Shown: piece by piece, positions 40,921 to 52,094 of the stretch
How the letters are laid out: the number at the start of each line of letters is the position of its first letter
Numbering within the stretch: position 1 is the first letter of the stretch
Source: Isurus oxyrinchus
Lineage: Eukaryota
Reading direction: 5' to 3'
Assembly (NCBI GenBank): GCA_026770705.1
Contig: JANJGN010000001.1
Location: 149,668,001-149,732,000, forward strand
Length of the DNA stretch: 64,000 bases
Notes under the pieces: model-generated
Seen by the model: only the letters and a program-made list of their open reading frames with translations
The model's database searches: none
Told to the model about the DNA's origin: nothing
Made by a program: the position numbers and the translations under genes

Positions 40921-42073
40921 TAACATCACGAGGGCGGGGGGCATGCGTGCGCAGGGGAGGGCAGGCGTGCAAGGTGTTTGTTCAAAAAGCAGGCAATTGC
41001 CCTTTTGCTTTGGTGTAGCCTGCATCTCACTGGATTGAGAGACATAAAAGATGATAGTCAGGCCTGCACTGTGAGCAGGGAAAATACTAACTTTATTACT
41101 CACCATGCAGAATGCCAGTGAGGCTCAAGCTCAGTTTTGATTTTGTGATGGAAGAAGCAGCTGGAAGATTTTCCTAGTTTGCAGCTACAGGAAGAAATCT
41201 AGTGGTCCTCACAGAGTCTTGTGACAGAAAGCAGTTACATTGGAAGTTATGAAAAGGCAGTTGTGTATCTACTGGCAATCAAAACAAACAGCTGAGGCAG
41301 CCACAGTCATAACATATTAAATAAAAGTTGGAGGTTCACTTAGCCAAAAAGCTAATCGAAGGAGCCCCATAAAAATATTACCAAGATCAGTTGAACACAA
41401 AGGGGAATTAAAATGAATTTTGTAGGGCTGTGGTATATTTTACTGGTTGGAACCGACAGAAGTGAAAGGACCTTCAAAATTCTTGTAATGTATAAGGGAA
41501 TTCATGGTGGGGAGTAGAGACTACAATTGAGCTCATAGCATAAGTAATTATGAACTATAGTGTTACTGTAATGGTGTTTGCTTTGTTTAATTCTTATATG
41601 CAGATGCCAGTCTTCAGCAATTCAATTCACTCCACATGATATCAAGGAACGGCTGAATGCACTGGATACTGCAAAGCCTATGGGCCCTAACAATATTCAG
41701 GCAATAATACTGTTGACTTATGCTCCAGAACTTGCCACACCCCTAGCCAAGCTGTTCCAGTACAGCAACAGTACTGGCATCTACCCAGCTATGTGGAAAA
41801 TTGCCCAGGTATGTCCTTTACACAAATAGCAGGACAAATCCAACCCGGCTAATTACCTCCCCATTGGTCTGCTCTCGATCATCAGTAAAATGATGGAAGG
41901 GATCATCAGCAATGCTTTCAAGTGGCAATTGCTTAGCAATAACCTGCTCACTGACGCCCAGTTTGTGGTCTGCCAGGGCCACTCAGATCCTGCCCTCATT
42001 ACAGCCTTGGTTCAAACATGGGCAAAAGAGCTGAATTCCAGAGGCGAGGTAAGGGTGACTGCCCTTGACATCA

Positions 42074-44535
42074 CTGAATTGCACAGTGCAGAAGAGGCCC
42101 TTCGGCTCATCGAGTCTGCACTGACATGCGAAAAACCTGACCTACCTACCTAATTCCATTTACCAGCATTTGACCAATAGCCTTGAATGTTATGACGTGC
42201 CAAGTGCTCATCCAGGTCAGTTCAAAAGGGTGTGAGGCAACCTGGGAGCATATTTCAGACCGTCACCATCCTCTGGGTCAAAAGGTTTTTCCTCATGTCC
42301 CCCCAAACCTCCTGTCCCTCACCTTGAACTAATGTCCCCTTGTGACTGACCCTTCAACTAAGGGGAACAGCTGCTCCCTATCCACCCTGTCTTTGCCCCT
42401 CATAACCTGTACACCTTGATCATTCTTTTCTGCCCCAACGAAAACAACCCACACCTATCCAACCTCTCTTATAACTTAAATGTTTCATCCCAGGCAACAT
42501 CCTGGTGAATCTCCTCTGCACCTCGTCCAGTGCAATCACATCCTTCCTATAATGTGGTGGCCAGAACTGCACACAGGACTCCAGCTGTGGCCTCATCAAG
42601 GTTCTATACAACTCCAACATGACCTCCCTACTTTTGTAATCTATGCCTCCATAGGCAATTGTCCCATAAGCCTATTTCACCACCCCATTAACATGCCCCT
42701 CCATCTTCAGAGATCCATGGACACACATGCCAAGGTCCCTTTGTTCCTCAGAACTGCCTAGTGTCATACTATTCATTGAATACTTCCTTGTCAAATTACT
42801 CCTTCCAAAGTGAATCACCTCACACTTTTTAGGACTAAATTCCATCTGCAACTTATCTGCCCATTTAACCATCCCTTCTACATCTTCCGTAACCCAAGAC
42901 ACTCAACCTCACTGTTAACCACCCAGTCAATCTTTGTGTCGTCCATAAACTTAATAATTTGTTACCCCCCCCCCCCAACATAGTCATCTATGTCGTTAAT
43001 AGGGGTCTCAGCACAGATCCCGGTGGTACACCACTGGACACTGGCTTCCAGTCACTAAAACATCCTACTGTCATCACCCTCTGCCTCCTACAACTAAGCC
43101 AATTTTGAATCCACCTTATCAAATTACCCTGTATCCCATGTGCATTTGCCTTCTTTATAAGTATCCCATGTAGGACCTTGTCAAAGGCTTTGCTGAAATC
43201 CATATAAACTACATCAACTGCACTACCCTCATCTACACACCTGGTCACCTCCTCAAAAAATTCCATCAAATTTGTTAGGCATGACCTCCCTCTGACAAAG
43301 CCATGCTGACTATCTCTGATCAAACCTTGCTTCTCCAAGTGGAGATAGATTCTCTCCTTCAAAATTTTCTCCAAAAGTTTCCCTGCCACTGACGTGAGAC
43401 TCTCTGGTCTGTAGTTCCCTGGCTTATCTCGACAACCCTTCTTAAATAGCGGAACCACATTAGCTGTTCTCCAGTCCTCTGGCAACTCCCCCGTGGCCAG
43501 AGAGGAATTAAAAATTTGGGTCAGAGCCCCTGCAATATCCTCCCTTGCCTCCCACAGCAGTCTGAGTCACAAATCATCCAGACCTGGAGATTTGTCCACT
43601 TATAAGCCTGCCAACACCTCCAGCACCTTGCCACTCCCTATATTAATTTGCTCAAGAACCTCGCATTCTCTCTCCCCGAGTTCCAGACCTTTATTCTCAT
43701 TCTCTTCGGTGAAGACGGAAGTGAAGTATTCATTCAACGCTCTAGCGATGTCCTCTGGCTCCACCCATAGATTGCACTCGTTGGTCCCTAATGGGCCCTA
43801 CTCTTTCCCTGGTTGTCCTCTTCCCATTGACATACTTAAAGAATATCTTGGGATTTTCCCTACTTTTACCAGCCAGAGCTTTCTCATATCCCCCCTTAGC
43901 ATTCCTAATTGCTTTTTTAAGCTCGACCCTTCACTTTCTGTACTCCACTAATGCCTCCGCTGATTTGCTCCCCTTGTACCTGCTAAAAGCCTCTCTTTTC
44001 CTTCTCATTGTATTCTGAATATTTCTGGTCATCCATGGTTCTCTGGGTTTGTTACTCCTTCCTATCACCCCAGAGGGAACATGTTGAGCCTGTGCCCTCC
44101 CTATATCCTTTTTGAAGCCCCTCACTGCTCTTCTGTAGGTTTCCCCACAAGTAGCTGTTCCCAGTCTACCTTGGCCAGATCCTGCCTTATTTTACTAAAA
44201 TCCACTCTCCCCCCAATCCAAAACATTTTTTTGCAACTTGTCTATTTCTTTGTCCTTAACAAACTTAAATTGTACCAAGTTGTGTTAGCTATCACTAAAA
44301 TGCTCTCCCATCACTACCTCAGCCACCTGTCCGGCTTCATTCCCCAGAATTAGGTCCAGCATTACACAGTCCCTTGTTGGGCCCTCTACATATTGACCTA
44401 AAACGTTCTCTCCTGCACACATTTCAAGAAATCCACTCCATCCAAACCCTTAACACTATGTCTATCCATATTAATGTTGGGAAAGTTGAAATCACCTAAT
44501 ATAATTAGTATCATCATTTTTACACACCACACACA
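42074..44535 (-). mobile_element. CR1 ORF2 and 3' end nested in lineage-B LINE
   Basis: ORF 42988-43485 (PEDWRTANVVPLFKKG...); highly similar to 15214-17700. Confidence 0.93.
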
Positions 44536-44844
44536 TAAAGGCAACATTTGACCAAGTGTGGCATCAAGGAGCCCTAGCAAAACTGGAATCAATGTAAATC
44601 GGGGAACACTTTCCGTTGGTTTCTGTCATACCTAACACAAAGGAAGATGGCTGCAGTTCTTGGAAATCGGTCATCTCACCTCCAGGACATTACTACAAGA
44701 GTTCCTCAGAATAATGTCCTAGGCCCAACAATCTTTAAACACAGAGATAAAAACAAAAAAACTGCAGATGCTAGAAATCCAAAACAAAAACAGAATTACC
44801 TGGAAAAACTCAGCAGGTCTGGCAGCATCGGCGGAGAAGAAAAG

Positions 44845-44883
44845 AGTTGACGTTTCGAGTCCTCATGACCCTTCAACAGAACT
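44845..44883 (-). ncRNA. Minimal type I hammerhead ribozyme-like motif, variant core CUGUUGA
   Basis: AGTT-CTGTTGA-A-GGGTC-ATGAG-GACTC-GAAA-CG-TC-AACT. Confidence 0.65.
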
Positions 44884-44921
44884 GAGTGGATCCAAGGAAG
44901 GGTTGAAATATAAGCTGGTTT

Positions 44922-44924
<3 letters not shown>

Positions 44925-44979
<55 letters not shown>
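44925..44979. repeat. (GT)n microsatellite inside the PLE pLTR
   Basis: Pure GT run, absent from the plus-strand pLTR copy. Confidence 0.95.
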
Positions 44980-44981
<2 letters not shown>

Positions 44982-45330
44982 GTGGGGGGGGGGATGTGAT
45001 TTGGGTGGGGGGAGAGAAGTGGAGGGGGTTGGTGTGGTTGTAGGGACGGACAAGCAGTGATAGAAGCAGATCGTCAAAAGATGTCACAGACAAGAGAACA
45101 AAAGAACACATAGGTGTTAAAGTTGGTGATATTATCTAAACGAATGTGCTAATTAAAAATGGACGGTAGGGCACTCAAGGTATAGCTCTCGTGGGGGTGG
45201 GGGGAGCATAAAAGATTTAAAAAGATTTAAAAATAATGGAAATAGGTGGGAAAAGAAAACTTTATACAATTTATTGGAAAAAAACAAAAGGGGGAAGAAA
45301 CAGAAAGGGGGTGGGGATGGAGGAGGGAGC

Positions 45331-46455
45331 TCAAGACCTAAAGTTGTTGAATTCAATATTTAGTCCGGAAGGCTGTAAAGTGCCTAGTCGGAAGATGAGG
45401 TGTTGTTCCTCCAGTTTGCGTTGGGCTTCACTGGAACAATGCAGCAAGCCAAGGACAGACATGTGGGCAAGAGAGCAGGGTGGAGTGTTAAAATGGCAAG
45501 CGACAGGGAGGTTTGGGTCAGTCTTGCAGACAGACCGCAGGTGTTCTGCAAAGCGGTCGCCCAGTTTACGTTTGGTCTCTCCAATGTAGAGGAGACCACA
45601 TTGGGAGCAACGAATGCAATTGACTAAGTTAGGGGAAATGCAAGTGAAATGCTGCTTCACTTGAAAGGAGTGTTTGGGCCCTTGGATAGTGAGGAGAGAG
45701 GAATGAAGGGGCAGGTGTTACATCTTTTGCGTGGGCATGGGGTGATGCCATAGGAGGGGGTTGAGGAGTAGGGGGTGACGGAGGAGTGGACCAGGGTGTC
45801 CCGGAGGGAACGATCCCTACGGAATGCCAATAGAGGGGGTGAAGGGAAGATGTGTTTGGTGGTGGCATCATGCTGGAGTTGGTGGAAATGGCGGAGGATG
45901 ATCCTTTGAATGTGGAGTCTGGTGGGGTGATAAGTGAGGACAAGGGAGACACTATCATGTTTCTGGGAGGGAGGAGAAGCCGTGAGGGCGGATGCGCGGG
46001 AGATGGGCCAGACATGGTTGAGGGCCCTGTCAACGACCGTGGGTGGAAAACCTCGGTTAAGGAAGAAGGAGGTCATATCAGAGGAACTGTTTTTGAAGGT
46101 AGCATCATCGGAACAGATGCGACGGAGGCGAAGGAACTGAGAGAATGGGATGGAGTCCTTACAGGAAGCGGGGTGTGAGGAGCTGTAGTCGAGGTAGCTG
46201 TGGGAGTCGGTAGGCTTGTAATGGATATTGGTGGACAGTCTATCACCAGAGATTGAGACAGCGAGGTCAAGGAAGGGAAGGGAAGTGTCAGAGAAGAACC
46301 ACGTGAAAATGATGGAGGGGTGGAGATTGGAAGCAAAATTAACAAATTTTTCCAAGTCCTGACAAGAGCACGAAGCAGCACCGAAGTAATCATCGATGTA
46401 CCGGAGAAAGAGTTGTGGAAGGGGGCCGGAGTAGGACTGGAACAAGGAAAGTTCT
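45331..46455 (-). pseudogene. PLE RT C-terminus plus GIY-YIG endonuclease (frameshifted, 5'-truncated)
   Basis: ORFs 45657-46550 and 45331-45660. Confidence 0.88.
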
Positions 46456-46563
46456 ACATACCCCCTACTCCCCAACCCCCACCCATGCCCACGCAAAAGA
46501 TGTAACACCTGCGCCTTCACTTCCTCTCTCCTCACCGTCCAAGGGCCCAAACACTCTTTTCAA

Positions 46564-46893
46564 GTGAAACAACATTTCACTTGCATTTCCCCCAACTTAG
46601 TCTACTGCATTCGTTGGTTCCAATGCTGTCTCCTCTACATTAGAGAGACCAAACGTAAACTGGGCGACCGCTTTGCAGAACACCTGCGGTCTGTCCGCAA
46701 GAATGACCCAAACCTCCCTGTCGCTTGCCATTTCAACACTCCACCCTGCTCTCTTGCCCACATGTCTGTCCTTGGCTTGCTACATTGTTCCAGTGAAGCC
46801 CAACGCAAACTGGAGGAACAACACCTCATCTTCCGACTAGGCACTTTACAGCCTTCCGGACTGAATATTGAATTCAACAACTTTAGGTCTTGA
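46564..46893 (+). pseudogene. PLE GIY-YIG endonuclease domain, inverted copy
   Basis: LVYCIRWFQCCLLYIRETKRKLGDRFAEH...GLNIEF. Confidence 0.85.
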
Positions 46894-47284
46894 CCTCCCC
46901 CCTCCATCCCCACCCCCCCTTTCAGTTTCTTCCCCCTTCCTTTTGTTTTTTCCAATAAATTATATAGATTTTTCTTTTTCCCACCTATTTCCATTATTTT
47001 TAAATATTTTTAAATCTTTCATGCTCCCCCCACCCCCACTAGAGCTATACCTTGAGTGCCCTACCATTCATTCTTAATCAGCACATTCGTTTAGATAATA
47101 TCACCAACTTCGACACCTATCTGTTCCTATGTCCTGCTGTCTGTGACATCTTTTGATGATCTGCTTCTATCACTGCTTTTGCCTACAACCACACCACCCC
47201 CCTCCACTTCTCTCCTCCCACCCAACCCCCCCACCACCACCACCTTAAACCAGCTTATATTTCAACCCTCCCTGGGATTCACCT

Positions 47285-47323
47285 GGTTCTGTCGAAGGGT
47301 CATGAGGACTCGAAACGTCAACT
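47285..47323 (+). ncRNA. Minimal type I hammerhead ribozyme-like motif, variant core CUGUCGA
   Basis: GGTT-CTGTCGA-A-GGGTC-ATGAG-GACTC-GAAA-CG-TC-AACT; predicted cleavage after 47319. Confidence 0.65.
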
Positions 47324-49467
47324 CTTTTCTTCTCCGCCGATGCTGCCAGACCTGCTGAGTTTTTCCAGGTAATAATTCTGTTTTTGCTGCCAACAATCTT
47401 TAGTTGCTTCATCAATGGTTTTCCCTCCATCACAAGGTTAGACGTAGGGTGTTCGCTGATGATTGCAGCAACATTCACAACTCCTCAGACACTGAAGCAA
47501 TCCATATCCAAATGCAGCAAGACCTGGACAATATCCAGTCTTGGGCTGACAAGTAGCATCTACGCTGCAAGTGCCAGGCAATTATCATCTGCAACAAGAG
47601 AGAATCTAACCATCGCCCCTTGATTTTCAATAGCATTATCACCGCTAAATCCCCCACTATCAACATCCTTGGAGTTACCATTGACCAGAAACTGAACTGG
47701 ACTAGCCATATAAATATTGTGGCTACAAGAGCAGGTCAGAGGCTAGGAATCCTATGGCGTGTAACTCATCTCCTAGCTCCCCAAAGCCTGCCCACAATCT
47801 ACAAAGTACAAGTCAGGAGTGTGGTGGAATACTCTTCACTTGCCTGAATGAATGCAGCTCCAACAACACTCAAGAAGTTTGACGCCATCCAGGATAAACC
47901 AGTCCATTTGATTGGAAACCCATCCACAAACATTCACTCCCTCCACCACCAATGCACAGTAGCAGCAGTGTGTACCATCTACAAGACGCATGGCAGGAAC
48001 TCACCAAGGCTCCTTAGACAACACATTCCAAACCCACAACAATTACCATCTAGAAGGACAAGGCAGCAGATAGATGGGAACACCACCACCTGGAAGTTGC
48101 CCTCCAAGCCACTCACCATCCTGACTTGGAAATAACGCTGTTCCTTCACTGTCACTGGGCTAAAATCCTGGAGCTCCCTCCCTAACAGCACAGTGGGTGT
48201 GCCTACACAACAGCGGCTACAGCGGTTCAAGGAGGCAACTCACTGCCACCTTCTCAAGGGCAATTAGTGATGGGCAATAAATGCTGACCTCGCCAGCGAA
48301 GCCCACATCCCTCAAATGAATAAAGAAAACCCTGTGGTGTAGGTGTTGGTTGATTGCTGCGGGTTTGGATTTGTTTTTAAAATGTTAATGGCCCATAACA
48401 GGATCATAACAACATGGCCCTTGTCAATTTGTTAAATTCAAAACATTGCACAGATGAAATGATTTGTGTAATGTATATATAGTATACAGTACTTGAGACA
48501 AACAAGCACTGAACAGTTTATTTTTCACATTTATTCCAAGAACATACAATAAGTCCTCTGACGCAATGTTGATTCATTGGAATGTTTTGGCAGTAACAGA
48601 AATTCATTAGAAAAGTGCAAACCCAACAGAATGCCAGCACTTATAGTAAATAAGTCATTTTTTCAAACTGCTATACACTCTTAACTCTACCAGTAAGGCT
48701 CTGGAGGAAAAATCTGTAGATATTATCAGGTTTGATATTCTTTTGTGCCACTCTTGTACAAAATTCTAGGATATATAACATTAAGCAATTGCATCTATGA
48801 GCATTACACAGCTGTCAAATAACCCAACTGATATTCATCTGATATCCTATCGCTTTTAAATTCCCGTCAGCTCTGCTACAACAATGGAGCTAAATTGTTT
48901 GATCTAGCCTAGCCATTTTAGTCATCTGTATGCCCTTTTTTGACCAGCCACTTTTGACATGGTCTAACCAGCACCGAGGGAAACAAAATAGGCAGAACTG
49001 CAAGTGTTAAACACAGCAATAAATACTTTCAGTGCCATAATCTTAAAAAGGCAGTCAGGAAAAGGTTTAGCATGCTCAATATGCTAATACTGATTAACAT
49101 ATTGTTGCAATTATGAGGTTTATAAGATTATAATATTTTTGGACTATGGCTTTACATTTAGGGTAAATTAAGGGGTTGTGTGGCTTTATCTGAAGCCTAC
49201 CTGGCAGTAAGCCTGGTGGTTTGATTGGCAGAGATCAAAGCAAGGTGTAGATTGTTTTACTGAGATGAAAGTGTAAAGTTTTTCCACTTGTAGGATCTGA
49301 GTCCCCTAAAGTCCCAGAAAGGGGTAATAGCAAAAGGGTTATAAACAGTTATCCTGTAAACTATCCATTTACTTATAAGGTGAAAGAAAGTTGGGGTCAA
49401 CAATAGCTAATTAACACTTCTGCCTGAGTGCAAAGTTAATTTGTCTCATGTCATGGTGGGACAGAGG

Positions 49468-49663
49468 TTTCTAAAATTTTCCCAATCTCCTGGCCTATCA
49501 CTAATCCTCTGAGCATTGTATACCTTTCAATTTGATACTATGCTTAACAAGAAGGATGAATCAATTATGACTGACTAAGGAAGTTAAGCATAGTATCAAA
49601 TTGAAAGGTATACAATGCTCAGAGGATTAGTGATAGGCCAGGAGATTGGGAAAATTTTAGAAA
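49468..49663. repeat. Perfect 81-bp inverted repeat with 34-nt spacer
   Basis: 49468-49548 is the exact reverse complement of 49583-49663. Confidence 0.95.
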
Positions 49664-50325
49664 TCAGCAAAGGATGACTAAAAAAATTGAGGGAGAAATT
49701 ACAAGAGTAAACTAGAAAGCAATATAAAACACAGTAGGTGGTCAACAATTATATAAAAAGGAAGGGAATTGGTGAAGTAAACGCTGGTTTCTTAGATGAT
49801 GAGGCTGGGGATTTAATAATGGAAAACAAAGAAATGGCAGAGAATTCAAATAACTACTTTGTATCTGTCTCCATGGTAGAAAACACGAAGTATACCAAGA
49901 ATAATAGAAAACCAAAGGGCAAAAGGGAAGGAGGATCTTAAAACAATCACTATCACTAGAGAAAAAATACTCAGAAAACTAATGGGACAAGAGGCTGACA
50001 AGTCCTCTGGACCTGATGGCCTACATCCTTGGGTCTTAAAAGAATTAGCTGTAAAGATAGTGGATGCATGGTTGTAATATTCCAAAATTCTTTAGATTCT
50101 GGAAAGATCCTGGAAAGGATTGGAAAAACACAAATGTAATGCCCCTATTCAAGAAAGGAGGGATACAGAAAACAAGAAACTATAGGCCATTTAGCCTAAT
50201 ATATTTCAATGGAAAAATGCTGGAGTCCATTATTTTGGAAATAATAGCAGGCCATTTAGAAAACCATAATACAATCAAGCAGAATCAGCATGGCTTTATG
50301 AAAGAATAGTGTTTGATGAGGTTAT
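49550..50325 (+). mobile_element. Degraded CR1 ORF2 fragment, probably continuing at 52095-52810
   Basis: GPDGLHP.VLKE, DWKNTNVMPLFKKG and QHGFMK motifs. Confidence 0.85.
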
Positions 50326-50715
50326 TAATTGTCTTTTTGTAGTACAAAACTTTGAGTATTGCTAAAAAAAAAGAGACATACTGTTGAAGCTTTTCATCTT
50401 GCACTCTTCAGGGCAGATATAAGAATGCCAAATTTCAAAGGCAGCAACAATTTATGCTGCATGAGAAAAGGGTGCTGATTGGTTCGCAAGTCAACTCTGA
50501 TTGGTTGAAACATTGCCATGGAGAATGCACCATGGAACTATTGCCCCCACACTTTTGTTTAATGCAAAAAAGGTGCAATGCCTGTACATGTTCCTTTTGC
50601 CTGCAGAAGCCAGGTCCCAGTTTAGGAATATATGTAGCTTCTAGAAAGCATTAAATGAGCCACATTGCAAGTCCAGCTGACAATCTTAAAGTGGTTTAAT
50701 TATTAATGTTCTTAG
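50325..50715 (-). mobile_element. Second PLE lineage: endonuclease C-terminus and 3' terminus with hammerhead (50381-50416)
   Basis: Minus translation FKIVSWTCNVAHL / LEATYIPKLGPGFCRQKEHVQALHLF; motif CTGCC-CTGAAGA-GTGCAAGAT-GAAA-AGCT-TC-AACAG. Confidence 0.7.
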
Positions 50716-50739
50716 GAGGATGTTCTCCGAGAATCGCTG

Positions 50740-52093
50740 AGCTACAACACTAACACCTGGCAACTGGAAAATTGCCTAGCTATGTCCTGTACACAAAAAG
50801 GACAAATCCAACCCAGTCAATTACCACCCCATCAGACTACTCTCGATCATCAGTAAAGTGGTGGAAGGGGTCATCAACAGTGCTATCAAGCAGCACTTAC
50901 TTAGCAATAACCTGCTCACTGACAGTCAGTTTGAGTTCCACCAAGATCACTCAGCTCCTGACCTCATTATAGCCTTGGTTCAAACATGGACAAAAGAGCT
51001 GAACTCCAGAGGTGAGGTGAGAGCAGCATTTAACTAAGTATGGTATCAAGGAGCCCTAGCAAAACTGGAGTCAATGGGAATCAGGGGAAAATCTCTCCTT
51101 TGGTTGGAGTCATGCCTATCACAAAGGAAGATGGCTGTGGCTGTTGGCAATCATCACAGTTCCAGGGCATCAGTGCAGGAGTTCTTCAGGATAGTGTCCT
51201 AGGCCCAAACATCTTCAGCTACTTCACCAATGACCTTCCTTCCATCATGAGGTCAGAAATGGGGATGTTCACTGATGATTGCACAATGTTCAGCACCATT
51301 CACCACTCCTCAGATACTGAAGCAGTCCATGTCCAAATGCAGCAAGACCTGGACAATATCAAGGTTCGGGCTGACAAGTGGCAAGTAACATTAATGTCAC
51401 ACAAGTGCCAGGCAATGACCGTGTCCAACAAGAGAGAATCTAACCATTGTCCCTTGACATTCAATGGCATTACCGTCGCCGAATCCCCCACTATCAACAT
51501 CCCACAGGGTTACCATTGACCAGAAACTGAACTGGACTAGCCATATAAATACTGTGGCTACAAGAGCAAGTCAGAGATTAGGAATCTTGCAGCGAGTAAC
51601 GAACTTCTTGACCACCCCCACCAAAGCCTGTCCACCATCTACAAGGCACAAATCAGGAGTGCGGTGGAATATGCTTAACTTGCCAGGTGAGCACAGCTCC
51701 AACAACACTCAAAAAGCTTTGCACCATCCAGGATAAAGTAGCCCAGCTGATTGGCACCCCATCCACAAAATTCACTCTCTCTACCATTGACACACAGTAG
51801 CAGCAGTGTGTACCGTATACAAGATACACTTCAGGAACTCACCAAGGCTACTCAGATGGCACCTTCCAAACCCACCAGTGCAACCATGGAGAAAGGCATG
51901 GGCAGATGATGTATGGGAACACCACCACGTGGAAGTGCCCCTCCAAGCCACGCACCATTCCAACTTGGAAATATGGTGGTGAGCCGCCTTCTTGAACGCT
52001 TTGCCCATGTGATGTAGGTACACCTAGTGCTGTTACGAAGGGAGTTGCAGGGTTTTGTCACAGTGACAGTGAAGGAACAGCGATATGGTTCCA
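50740..52093 (+). mobile_element. Lineage-B LINE RT/3' fragment, last ~118 bp inverted
   Basis: GVLQDSVLGPNIFSYFTNDL...FTDDCT; 51976-52093 is the reverse complement of the downstream tail. Confidence 0.85.
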
Positions 52094-52094
52094 A

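Larger units (their letters stand above)
44738..47389. mobile_element. Neptune-type Penelope-like element, bipartite inverted insertion with 13-bp TSD
   Basis: Minus half 44738-~46455 has RT YIDD, a CPRKRCNTC linker, GIY-YIG (VNCIRCSQCGLLYIGET) and pLTR. Plus half ~46460-47389 has the linker, GIY-YIG and pLTR. TSD CCAACAATCTTTA at 44725-44737 and 47390-47402. Confidence 0.93.
41600..48325 (+). mobile_element. Lineage-B LINE RT/3' end in three pieces (41600-42073, ~44535-44737, 47390-48325), hosting nested CR1 and PLE insertions
   Basis: APELATPLAKLF...WKIAQVCP, VTALDI|KATFD and VPQNNVLGPTIF|SCFIN are continuous across the inserts. Confidence 0.85.

Noticed and set aside
44796-45111. His-Thr repeat ORFs
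   Set aside because: They are translations of the (GT)n microsatellite.
45657-46550. 297-aa ORF as an intact gene
   Set aside because: It is a chimera across the inversion junction: the first ~30 aa are antisense sequence and the RT is 5'-truncated.
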